From Methanopyrus kandleri AV19 (GTDB taxonomy: Archaea; JAADCQ01; Methanopyri; Methanopyrales; Methanopyraceae): DNA of 32,000 nt. The DNA lies in contig NC_003551.1 of NCBI RefSeq assembly GCF_000007185.1, positions 420,001 through 452,000 of the forward strand, written 5' to 3'. Under the pieces are notes generated by a model that had not been told where the DNA came from, did no database searches, and saw only the letters and a program-made list of their open reading frames with translations. Position 1 is the first letter of the stretch, and every line of letters starts with the position of its first letter. A program made the position numbers and the translations under genes. Below, piece after piece: positions 16,637 through 29,915 of this stretch.

Positions 16637-17665
16637 ATGCGACCTCAGGTTACTATCGAAGATGATTGGATAATATTCGAGGGCGAAGAGGGATTCGTAA
16701 GGCTTCCAAAGGACCCATATAAGGTTATCGAAGACTTTGAGGAGTATGGATACTTCTTCGACGAAGAACATCGGCGCGACTTTGCGGCCATGTACATGAC
16801 GCTGATAGTCGAACAAACCCCCGTCCTGCTCGTCGGTCCTCCGGGTACGGGTAAGACGAAGCTCGTCCGTCTTATCGGCGAGCTGTACGACGTTCCAGTA
16901 GTGGTCATGCGTGGCCACCAGGAGGCGCGAGAGCAGGAGTTCATAGGAGGTGTCGACGTGGCCGCCCTCCCAGTCGCCGATAAGATCGCCGAGGAGTACA
17001 CCGAGGTCGGAAATATGGAGTACGAGGAGGCCATTGAGGCACTTAAGGAATTCATTTACGTAGGCGGCTACCTCAAGGACGTGGTGAACGACGCTCGACG
17101 CCGTGGAGCGTGTCTGTTCTTCATCGATGAAGTTAACCGATTCCCAGGTTATATGATCCCAACGCTCATCCATATCTTCGAAAAAGACACCGAAGTTATC
17201 TACATCCCGCACTCCCCAATCGATTTCGGGGAAACGGGAGCCATAATGCGAATAGGCGCGCTCAACCCAGAAGGTAAAGGCACTACTAACTTCGACGAAG
17301 CTCTTCTAAGGCGCGTTGAACTCGTCCCGTGGGGCGAATACGACGTAGAAATTTACAAACGTATAGCCATCGAGTCAGCTCGACAGATCATCGAGCTGAC
17401 TAAGATGGCCGAGGAAGTGCTGGAAGATCTAGCGTCCCTGATCAAGGACATGGGTAAAGGTGTCGACGTCGCTAAGGACGTGGCGCAGACGGTCGCTATA
17501 GGTATTAAAATGGGATACGACGTGGATACAGTCGCCAGGAACGTGGCTAATAAGATCCTGGGCGATATGTTATTAGACTCTGAAAAAGCCGAGGAGTTCG
17601 AGGCTCGAAGGAACGCCCTAGAACGTAAGATCAAGGAGAAGCTCAAACCCGTGTTTAAGTCCTGA
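16622..17665 (+). CDS. AAA+ ATPase of the MoxR/CbbQ/NorQ (AAA_5) type
   Basis: Walker A is [11 protein letters not shown] and Walker B plus the sensor region is LFFIDEVNRFPGYMIPTLIHIFE. The start is TTG 16622 with an ideally spaced SD, or alternatively ATG 16637. Confidence 0.8.
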   Translation: MSKIIMRPQVTIEDDWIIFEGEEGFVRLPKDPYKVIEDFEEYGYFFDEEHRRDFAAMYMTLIVEQTPVLLVGPPGTGKTKLVRLIGELYDVPVVVMRGHQEAREQEFIGGVDVAALPVADKIAEEYTEVGNMEYEEAIEALKEFIYVGGYLKDVVNDARRRGACLFFIDEVNRFPGYMIPTLIHIFEKDTEVIYIPHSPIDFGETGAIMRIGALNPEGKGTTNFDEALLRRVELVPWGEYDVEIYKRIAIESARQIIELTKMAEEVLEDLASLIKDMGKGVDVAKDVAQTVAIGIKMGYDVDTVARNVANKILGDMLLDSEKAEEFEARRNALERKIKEKLKPVFKS

Positions 17666-17693
17666 CTAACCCGAATCGGGTGAAAAGGCAGCC

Positions 17694-20018
17694 TTGACTT
17701 TCAAAACCGAAATACGATTGGAAGAGGCTACCGAAGTAGTAGGAGAGCTTATGGAGCGACTCAAGCGTAGGGGCGACGTCCACGCCCCGCCCGACCTACC
17801 CGAGGGATTTTTCCGGAAGCTGACCGTATTAGCGGATGGTGACTCCGTAGACCTCCAGACGTTCGTAGACATGGCGATTAGACACTTCGCCCGGCACGGC
17901 TACAAGAAGCCGCTCGATGCGTACGAACGCGTGATGGTGGCACGCGCTATCGTAGCGGAAGAACTCGCTAAGATTCTGTTCAAGGAGGAAGCTGACGAAG
18001 AAGCCGTCGAGTCCCTCCGGAAGTTCATCCCACACGCGAGCGAGGAGGTTCGTGAAGAGCTAGAGTCACTGGTCGACGTTGATGAAGCAGACATCCGAGA
18101 AGAACCCAACCGGGAAGATCTCGAACGTGTCCTTGAGACGTTCGGTTCGCAGCTATCCGACGAGGCGATCATGGACCTACTAAAGACCGCCATCTTCGGA
18201 CCCGAGAAGAAGCGCATGCTTGAGAACATTACCGATGAGCAGATGGTGGGAAGCCTCCTTCAGCAGCACGTTCCACGTTCGGTGATCGAGAAACTAGCCG
18301 AGCAGGGCAGATTAGACGTTCTCAACCGATTAGGGTCACCCATCGAGAGCAAGGTCGAAGCCATAGCCTCACCTCACGCTTCGGACTCGTACTCGACGGA
18401 TCAAGAGGAACTTGAGAAGGCGTTCTCGGACGAGGCGTTCAACCGGCAGGCTCGGCAGATGTTCTCGGAGCTCGCCCGACGGCTCAACGAACTCGCCGAA
18501 CAGGTGGGTGTTGAACAAGCCCTGGAGCGCGCTAAGCGCGTTTCCGAGGCCATCCAAGCCGCCAACGACCGATGGGAGCGCGCCGCTAAAATGTTTGAAA
18601 GGGCGATAGAGCGGCAACTCACCGAACGAGGACCGTCGTCCGACCCTGTTGAGGCGTACCGTCGTGGAGCCCCCATGGACCCGAACCACGTCAAGGATGA
18701 AGTCGGCCAAGACCCGTCGGACTACACGGCATCGCTAGAACAGGCTCAATTCGTGGTCGAAGGTATCGAGCGACGTGGCAAGTTCAGGAACCCACTCCTG
18801 AGCACGGTTCAGGCCAACGACATGATCAAGTCGATCCCGAATCTCTCCGACGACCAATTCCGTCAGCAGGTGAGGAACCTATTGAGATCCACGATGGGAG
18901 AGCTCGAAGAGTGGGCGAAGGACGTAGGACAGGATGTAGTGCGACGAGTTCTGGAAGAGCTGAAACGAGCTGAGGAACATGGGTACTACGTACCGGAGGA
19001 ACTGAAGGAGCGGATGGAGGAGCTCCTTCAAGACTTGCAGGAGGGACCAGAGGAGCGGGAAGCTGAGGGTGACGGCGAAGGTCCTTCAGCCGGTGCTTCG
19101 GAGTCCCCTTCGTTCGTATCCGAGGAAGGAGGCGGAGGAGAGCCAACCGAAGGGGAGAGTGGCCCGACACCGACGGAGAGTGCCTCAGGAGTCGGCAAGG
19201 GTGGAGATCCCGCCTTCACGATCGACCGATCGTTCCCCGAGCGCAAGAAGTTCCTCAAGATTCTACAGAGCGAATCGCTGAAGATCCTGGATGAAGGTCA
19301 CGAGATATCGCGCGAGTTCGAGGACGTCGAGGAGGGAGAAGCGAAGGCGCACTTCGGGTGGCTGTACGGTTTCGATAAAGCCGACTTCCTGTCCGACGTG
19401 GATTGGGAGCGCAGCTTGGAGGAGGGTTACTTCAAGAACGTCCCACTCACGCTGTACCGCCGTGAGTTCCGCAACAAGGACGAACCGAAGGTGGCCATCC
19501 TGCTCGACTCGAGCGGATCTATGAGCGGGGACAAGATGGAGGTAGCTGCGACACTGGCGGCTGCTCTGTTCGAGACCGTGGGGATAGAAAACATCGGCCT
19601 GTGGGCGTTCAGATCGGAGGTCCATCAACTCAAGGACTTCGAAGAAGTGATCAATCGAAGGAAGCTCATCGAGAAGATACTAGGGATACCCGCCGGAGGT
19701 GGTACCGACCCCGTAAAACCGCTGATCAAAGTGCTAGACTCACTAGAAAACGTGGATTACGATAAATGCAAGATCATTTACATAACGGACGCAATATTCA
19801 TGCACGATGACTTCATTCGGATCAGAAACTTGCTAAGTGATCGTGACGACGTTGAACTGTACGCGCTACTAATTAAGGACGAATTCGAACACACGGGACC
19901 AACAATTTTCAAACGCATAACAGAAGAATTCGATGGAGGAGTAGTCCAGGTTAATCCGAGAGATCGTGAAGGTGTCCGCGAGAAACTCCGTCAGTTCGTT
20001 GACATGATATCGGACTAG
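17694..20018 (+). CDS. Large acidic protein with a C-terminal von Willebrand factor A (vWA/MIDAS) domain, CbbO/NorD-like architecture
   Basis: The MIDAS motif is complete: VAILLDSSGSMSG ... GGGTD ... IYITDA in the last 180 aa or so. The N-terminal 550 aa or so are helical and acidic, with a disordered G/E/S/P linker. The start is TTG 17694 or ATG 17751. Confidence 0.8.
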   Translation: MTFKTEIRLEEATEVVGELMERLKRRGDVHAPPDLPEGFFRKLTVLADGDSVDLQTFVDMAIRHFARHGYKKPLDAYERVMVARAIVAEELAKILFKEEADEEAVESLRKFIPHASEEVREELESLVDVDEADIREEPNREDLERVLETFGSQLSDEAIMDLLKTAIFGPEKKRMLENITDEQMVGSLLQQHVPRSVIEKLAEQGRLDVLNRLGSPIESKVEAIASPHASDSYSTDQEELEKAFSDEAFNRQARQMFSELARRLNELAEQVGVEQALERAKRVSEAIQAANDRWERAAKMFERAIERQLTERGPSSDPVEAYRRGAPMDPNHVKDEVGQDPSDYTASLEQAQFVVEGIERRGKFRNPLLSTVQANDMIKSIPNLSDDQFRQQVRNLLRSTMGELEEWAKDVGQDVVRRVLEELKRAEEHGYYVPEELKERMEELLQDLQEGPEEREAEGDGEGPSAGASESPSFVSEEGGGGEPTEGESGPTPTESASGVGKGGDPAFTIDRSFPERKKFLKILQSESLKILDEGHEISREFEDVEEGEAKAHFGWLYGFDKADFLSDVDWERSLEEGYFKNVPLTLYRREFRNKDEPKVAILLDSSGSMSGDKMEVAATLAAALFETVGIENIGLWAFRSEVHQLKDFEEVINRRKLIEKILGIPAGGGTDPVKPLIKVLDSLENVDYDKCKIIYITDAIFMHDDFIRIRNLLSDRDDVELYALLIKDEFEHTGPTIFKRITEEFDGGVVQVNPRDREGVREKLRQFVDMISD

Positions 20019-20953
20019 CCGACTAACGCCCGCTCCACTGCCTGCATTGTTTCCATGGCATCCTCTCGGATATCCTCGTACCATACCGAGCATTCACGCC
20101 TGCTCGTTTTTACCACCATCCTATCCCGGTGCAAGCTCACGTTAATCATACCGCGTACGTCCATGCTTAGGCTTCTGAGGAAGTTATGAGCTAGAATGAT
20201 CTCATTAACGTAGTCTGGATACAGTTCTCCGAGCGGGGCTCGATACGAGATACCTTCCTTTTCCCAACTACGACGAAACTTTGTATGGAACTCACGGAAT
20301 AGGTACTTCGAGTAATTATGTTCAAGTAATACAACGTCAGTTACGCCAGCGTGAATCATCTGTGATGCTGCCTCTACGCTATGCCAATTTTCTAAAATGG
20401 ATTCAACGCTCTTTGGGAAGAATGCCTCACAGCCCAGCGAATTGACCCAACCTACCGCGCAACTAACCTCAAGTTCTTTCAGTCTTTCCATATATTCCTT
20501 GTACGTATCATAGTGACGATCATCCACGAAACTTATCACGGCCATTTCGTCGTCCATTTTCCTCGTCATAAACGTCTTGTGCGTCACTCGAAACTTTCTG
20601 ATCCCCGATCGCATCAGCTGAGCGATGAACTGCGTCGGGATCGCTGTCTCTGCGATCATTTTCACATCGACCGCTCCGGAAGTACCCACGAATTTAAGGT
20701 CTAAACTGTTATCGTCTCCTTCAACCACCTCGAACCTCTCGAGACCGGAGAGTTCATCATCCGCGATTTTAGCCAGGTGGGCTAGTGATTTAAGGAAGGG
20801 TGACATGAAAGGTCTCTTGACGCAAACTTCGACAGTTTCATCTGGCAACGAGACCCGGATGGTGCTTCGATCCTCAACTACGGGGATCACGTCGAAGTTG
20901 ACGTTGAACTCACGTGATAACGCCGAGAGTAGGGGTTCGATGTTCGCGTACAT
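20015..20953 (-). CDS. Hypothetical protein (312 aa), no recognised motif, lower GC than its surroundings
   Basis: ATG 20953 is preceded by GGGTGGGGAG. The longer TTG 21001 version adds an S/T-rich N-terminus that looks like antisense sequence. A hand count of 20281-20340 gives 37% GC. Confidence 0.55.
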   Translation of the reverse strand: MYANIEPLLSALSREFNVNFDVIPVVEDRSTIRVSLPDETVEVCVKRPFMSPFLKSLAHLAKIADDELSGLERFEVVEGDDNSLDLKFVGTSGAVDVKMIAETAIPTQFIAQLMRSGIRKFRVTHKTFMTRKMDDEMAVISFVDDRHYDTYKEYMERLKELEVSCAVGWVNSLGCEAFFPKSVESILENWHSVEAASQMIHAGVTDVVLLEHNYSKYLFREFHTKFRRSWEKEGISYRAPLGELYPDYVNEIILAHNFLRSLSMDVRGMINVSLHRDRMVVKTSRRECSVWYEDIREDAMETMQAVERALVG

Positions 20954-21006
20954 GGTGAAGGTGCTCCCCACCCTACTGGATGCAGTCGTTGAAGAGGTCA
21001 ACGCCG

Positions 21007-21012
21007 ATAAAG
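21007..21012. promoter_or_regulatory. Candidate shared TATA element (ATAAAG/CTTTAT) between the orphan gene and the P-loop gene
   Basis: It is the only A/T hexamer in 20954-21065. On the minus strand it reads CTTTAT, 59 nt upstream of ATG 20953, which matches the CTTTATAC element upstream of cdc48. Confidence 0.3.
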
Positions 21013-21065
21013 ATCATTCGGAAACCTTTCGGACGGAGCCGTGGTCCGGGCAGCCGGACGAGGTC

Positions 21066-21635
21066 GTGGAAACGAGGTATATCCAGCTGGTACGGCGGCT
21101 CGTAGGGGAAGGGCGAAACGTCGTGCTCGTAGGCGAGCCAGGGGTGGGGAAATCCACGACGGCGATAGCGGCCTGTGAGAAACCAGTCCCGATAGTGTTG
21201 ACTTTCGGTGGAAACCTACCGGTTTCCATACTTAAAACTTTCGTCAACACGCTACGTGTGACGGGTCCGCGGAGGTGGATCTCCGTCGATGCCGTAGTAG
21301 TGGGCGACGCGGTGATCGAGGGCAAGGTCCGACGGCTTCCCCTGATCGATGAAGTCGTGGTGTTCTCGGTGACGATAGTTACGTGGTGTCTAACGCGGGC
21401 TCTGAAGATCCCGATCATCGCCATGCTGGCCACCGACAAGAAGTACTACGCCGAGGCCCGGAAAATCTTGGAGCTCGCGGGATTCGAGGTTGTCGAGATC
21501 AAACCCGATAAGCACACCGTCGAGGAAGTCCTGCGCGCGCATGGACTCCAAGGTTCCCCGAGGACAGACAATCCTCGGGAAGAGCTCAAGAGGTTCTCCG
21601 AGCGATCGTCCAACCACTCTCAGTCCGACGAATGA
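21066..21635 (+). CDS. Small P-loop NTPase (about 190 aa)
   Basis: Walker A is LVGEPGVGKST and the Walker B-like segment is RLPLIDEVVV. The start is uncertain: GTG 21066 after GAGGT, or ATG 20952. The ORF-track N-terminus from 20625 is antisense to the orphan gene and S/T-rich. Confidence 0.55.
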   Translation: METRYIQLVRRLVGEGRNVVLVGEPGVGKSTTAIAACEKPVPIVLTFGGNLPVSILKTFVNTLRVTGPRRWISVDAVVVGDAVIEGKVRRLPLIDEVVVFSVTIVTWCLTRALKIPIIAMLATDKKYYAEARKILELAGFEVVEIKPDKHTVEEVLRAHGLQGSPRTDNPREELKRFSERSSNHSQSDE

Positions 21636-22845
21636 GTCCTCTGGATTCCATCGACTCGAGCCGACGCTTGAGCCTACTACGAGCGATTCGGAGTCTACGG
21701 GCGAGTTCCTCGGTACTCACGGACCCCTTCTCGTAGAGTTCGTTCATGATCCGCTGCTCCAGCACGCGGCCGGTGAAGGGACAGCCGTCGTACTCCCGAC
21801 ATTCGATTCCGAGCATACACACCACTTTATCCAAGTATCTTCGAATATCGTACAGTGGTGACCACGTCATCGGGGAGATACAGCAGCTCTTTACCAGTAC
21901 GTCTTCAGGGAGTTTCGACCGCACTGTCTTGTATATGAGTTCCAACCTGTCCAGTGGCGAAAGAGGCCCCCGGGCTGGGTCTTGAGCTGGGTTGAATTGG
22001 ACGATCCTTTTTCGAGGGTTAAGAGCGAGAATCGACAGGATCCGTTCCGCGTCGGCCTCAGGAGGAACACCGGGTAGTCCGACGACCCCGCCCACGAACG
22101 TCACTTCGAGCCCGTGTTCGTGACACCATCGCACGACACGCCAAAACTCCTCGAATCCGCGACGACGCCCCGTGATCGCCTCCCATTCCTCTGGTGTGCG
22201 GCCCGAAAGGCTGAGTTTCAGATAGTCCAGGCCGGCGCGCTGGAGGTCTTCTAGTAGATCGAGTGGGATGAGAGGGCCCGTTCCGACACCCACGTCGACC
22301 CCTAGTTCCAGCTTGATGAGCTCCACGGCCTCCACAAGGTCCGTATCGAGCGTATGGGGTGAGGCTCCCTGAATTACGACTTCACGATTCCCCGCTTTAA
22401 CCCGCTTTTCCGCCTCACGGAGGATCTCCTCCGGTGTCAGCTCGACGTGATCTCGCACTAGGTTGTAGTAGCAGAACTTGCACCTCATGTCGCACCTAGT
22501 CGTCGCCACTATGCTTCCCGTCCGCGTTTTGGACCGACCCGTGATCACGCGGAGGAACGCCTCGACTTCCGGACCGTCCGTAGACAATCGAACGGGTTCG
22601 TTACGGTATTCGTAGTCGGTGTTCGGCCGTACCAGCTCCAGGAACCCCTCCTCGGTGAGGGCGAACCCGCGATGAGTCGGCTCGATAAGCCCCTCATCAC
22701 GGAGGTCGTTAACGGTCTTGCTGATGAGACCCCGGTTACCGCTCACCTCGTCCATGAGTTCACGGCGGGAGAGCGGACCCTTCTCCGCGAGTGTGCGGAG
22801 TACGCGCTCCCGAAGGTCACCACCATGTTTTCGAGAACGCCTCAT
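21586..22845 (-). CDS. Radical SAM enzyme flanked by N- and C-terminal winged-HTH domains (419 aa)
   Basis: The CDMRCKFCYY cluster motif (CxxxCxxC) follows an N-terminal wHTH (RERVLRTLAEKGPLSRRELMDEV...LRDEGLIE). A C-terminal wHTH is also present (IMNELYEKGSVSTEELARRL...MESRGLIRR). ATG 22845 is taken as the start because the upstream 88 aa of the ORF-track entry overlap lysA. Confidence 0.75.
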   Translation of the reverse strand: MRRSRKHGGDLRERVLRTLAEKGPLSRRELMDEVSGNRGLISKTVNDLRDEGLIEPTHRGFALTEEGFLELVRPNTDYEYRNEPVRLSTDGPEVEAFLRVITGRSKTRTGSIVATTRCDMRCKFCYYNLVRDHVELTPEEILREAEKRVKAGNREVVIQGASPHTLDTDLVEAVELIKLELGVDVGVGTGPLIPLDLLEDLQRAGLDYLKLSLSGRTPEEWEAITGRRRGFEEFWRVVRWCHEHGLEVTFVGGVVGLPGVPPEADAERILSILALNPRKRIVQFNPAQDPARGPLSPLDRLELIYKTVRSKLPEDVLVKSCCISPMTWSPLYDIRRYLDKVVCMLGIECREYDGCPFTGRVLEQRIMNELYEKGSVSTEELARRLRIARSRLKRRLESMESRGLIRRTESGWTIARRTS

Positions 22846-24071
22846 AGTCCTGGACCCTTCGGACTCCGGTGATTTCCCCGTTCCGTACGACCACCGAGCC
22901 CGGAATCGGGTAGCAGTTATAGTTGCTGGCCATAGATTCGCAGTAGGCACCGGCGGACAGGAACACCACGAGGTCGCCCTCCGAAATATCGATGGGAAGC
23001 TCCCGGTCTTCGGCGAGTACATCCCCACTCTCGCACAGCGGGCCAGCCACGGAGGCCTTCTCGGTGGCCGAGTAATCGCCACCGTGAACGACGACCTCGT
23101 GGTAAGCATCGTAAAGAGCTGGTCGTATCAGGGCGTTCATACCGGTGTCAACGAAAACCCACCTCCGACGTCCCCGTTTGACCTGTCTGACGCTTGTGAC
23201 CAGGATCCCGGCTTCACCCACTATGCTCCGACCGGGCTCGAGGTACAGGTCGAACCCCGACGACTCGGAGTGAAGCTCTTTCAGGTCCTCCTGGAGTTCC
23301 TCCGCCAGATCGTGAGGAGACGGTACCTCCTCACCTCGGCGGTACCGAATCCCGAGCCCACCGCCGATGTTTAGGTACGAGATTTCCTCGATCAGTCCGG
23401 TGTCCTCGAGAAACGTTCGGACGGATCTCAACGCCTCTGAAAACGGCCTCAAATCGGTGATTTGGGAGCCTATATGGTAGTGAAGCCCCAGGAACTCGAC
23501 CCACTCCGATTCGATCATCCGCCTGCAGACTCGTTCGGCGATTTCCAGCTCAACACCGAACTTCGACCCTTCGACCGCGGTGGCGATGTGAGAGTGGGTA
23601 TCGGGACTCACCTTCGGGTTGACCCTGAGCGCCACTAAGGCCCTCTCACCTTCATGCCGCGCGATTTTTTCGATACGTTGGAACTCCTCGAAGGAGTCGA
23701 CGTTGATCACCCACGAGCGTTCCACGGCCGCGCGGATCTCATCCGAGGACTTCGCGTTGCCGTTGACCACCACTGTCTCCGCTCCCGCGTTGACCGCGAC
23801 CTTCATCTCCCACAGCGACACCACGTCTGCGGCTCGAGTCTCGTCTACGATGTGTTCGACGAGGTATGGGTTGAAGTTCGCTTTCATCGCGTAGCATACG
23901 TACACGCGATCCGGGAACCAAGAAAACGCCTCCTGATATTCGCGGGCGGCCTTTACGGGCAGCATCCGCGTCGTAGACGTACACCGGTGTCCTCGTACCG
24001 GCCTCCTCCAGGATGTCGTCGAGCTCTCGACCACTGACTTTAACCACCGCTACGTGTTCCGTTTCTATCAT
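22817..24071 (-). CDS. lysA: Diaminopimelate decarboxylase, reading frame interrupted by an apparent 1-nt insertion near 23955-23960
   Basis: PLP-lysine motif YAMKAN, GGGLGIRY, EPGRSIVGEAG and CESGD. The conserved N-terminus (ELDDILEEAGTRTPVYVYDADAA) is encoded from ATG 24071 in a different frame from the body of the gene. Confidence 0.8.
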
Positions 24072-24078
24072 TGCGGGA

Positions 24079-24617
24079 CTACCCCTTCAAGTTGGCGACC
24101 AGTAGCTCCACCGACTTAGGTCCGATGCCACTCCGGTCCGCCCAGGCGGCTAGGAAGACCCCTAAGTCGTCCGGAGTTCGGCCGAAGGTGTAGGCGGCGA
24201 CACAACCCAAAGCTTCGAGGTCGCGTTTAAGACGTTCGAAGCCCAGCGGGTCGAGGAAGATTTCACCCTGGGTGAAGGCGTCGACGGCCTCCATGGGGTT
24301 CTCCACGGGACGCACGGAGACGGGCTCTTCGTCCGCGTATTGGGCCTGAATGCGCTCCACCACGAACTTCCCCAGTTCTTCTATCAGCTCCTTACCCTCC
24401 GGAGATTCCGGGTCGACCACCTCAACGTCGCATCGCTCGAGGACGCTCTCCAGGTACCCCTGCAGATTATCGAGATCCCAATCCTCACCCCTACTCATAC
24501 CGCGGACTATGAGGACGTCTACGTCATCCAATAGCGGCCGCGAGCCCTCGAAAGCGTCCAGTTCCATCATGATCTTCTTGGCGAGTCGATGAATGTGGAT
24601 CGGGGTGCCGGGCACGA

Positions 24618-24621
<4 letters not shown>
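24079..24621 (-). CDS. Hypothetical acidic protein with a C-terminal helix-hairpin-helix motif (about 180 aa)
   Basis: The C-terminus [16 protein letters not shown] fits the HhH pattern. TTG 24621 overlaps the mptA TGA (TTGA); the alternative is ATG 24570. Confidence 0.5.
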
Positions 24622-29426
<4,805 letters not shown>

Positions 29427-29456
29427 CTTCGGTCCTCGCTCCTTCTCACCGATCAC

Positions 29457-29915
29457 ATGCTCCTGCGCCTGTGCAGGTGGCTCAGGCTGTTAGGATACCC
29501 CACGGTAGCCGCCCACGAAGTGGTCGATCCTACGAAGGTCGAGGATGAAGACGAAGTGCTGGTGGAATTCTGCCGGGAACACGATGCCCTGCTGATCACG
29601 AGGGACAGACAGCTCGCCCGAAGGGCTCGGGCCGTTCTAATCACGGCCGATAGCGTACCGGAACAGATAGCCGAGGTGTTAGAGTTCCTAGGAGACGAAG
29701 CTTTCCTAGACCCGGATGAATCACGTTGCCCCGAGTGTAACGCGCGGGTACGACGGGTGACAGCTGAAAATCCGGGACCGTTCGAAGTGACGTGGGAATG
29801 CCCGGAGTGTCGGCGTAAGTACTGGGTCGGCGGGCATTGGCGAGATATGGAGGAGACTATCGACCGCGTAAAGAAAGCCCTACGCCGAGTTCAAAGGGGG
29901 CATCTACGTGGGTGA
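29457..29915 (+). CDS. Mut7-C/PIN-like RNase domain protein with a C-terminal zinc ribbon
   Basis: MLLRLCRWLRLLGY...LLITRDR...CPECN...CPECRRKYWVGGHW matches the Mut7-C pattern. Family-conserved residues continue upstream of the ATG (see findings). Confidence 0.75.
   Translation: MLLRLCRWLRLLGYPTVAAHEVVDPTKVEDEDEVLVEFCREHDALLITRDRQLARRARAVLITADSVPEQIAEVLEFLGDEAFLDPDESRCPECNARVRRVTAENPGPFEVTWECPECRRKYWVGGHWRDMEETIDRVKKALRRVQRGHLRG

Noticed and set aside
20625-20951. N-terminal extension of the 336-aa plus-strand ORF
   Set aside because: It is S/T-rich and fully antisense to the better-looking 312-aa minus-strand gene. The P-loop protein most likely starts at 21066, or at the earliest 20952.
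22846-23109. N-terminal 88 codons of the 507-aa ORF-track version of the radical SAM gene
   Set aside because: This stretch lies out of frame inside lysA and has an R/P/T/W-rich composition. The wHTH domain starts at ATG 22845.
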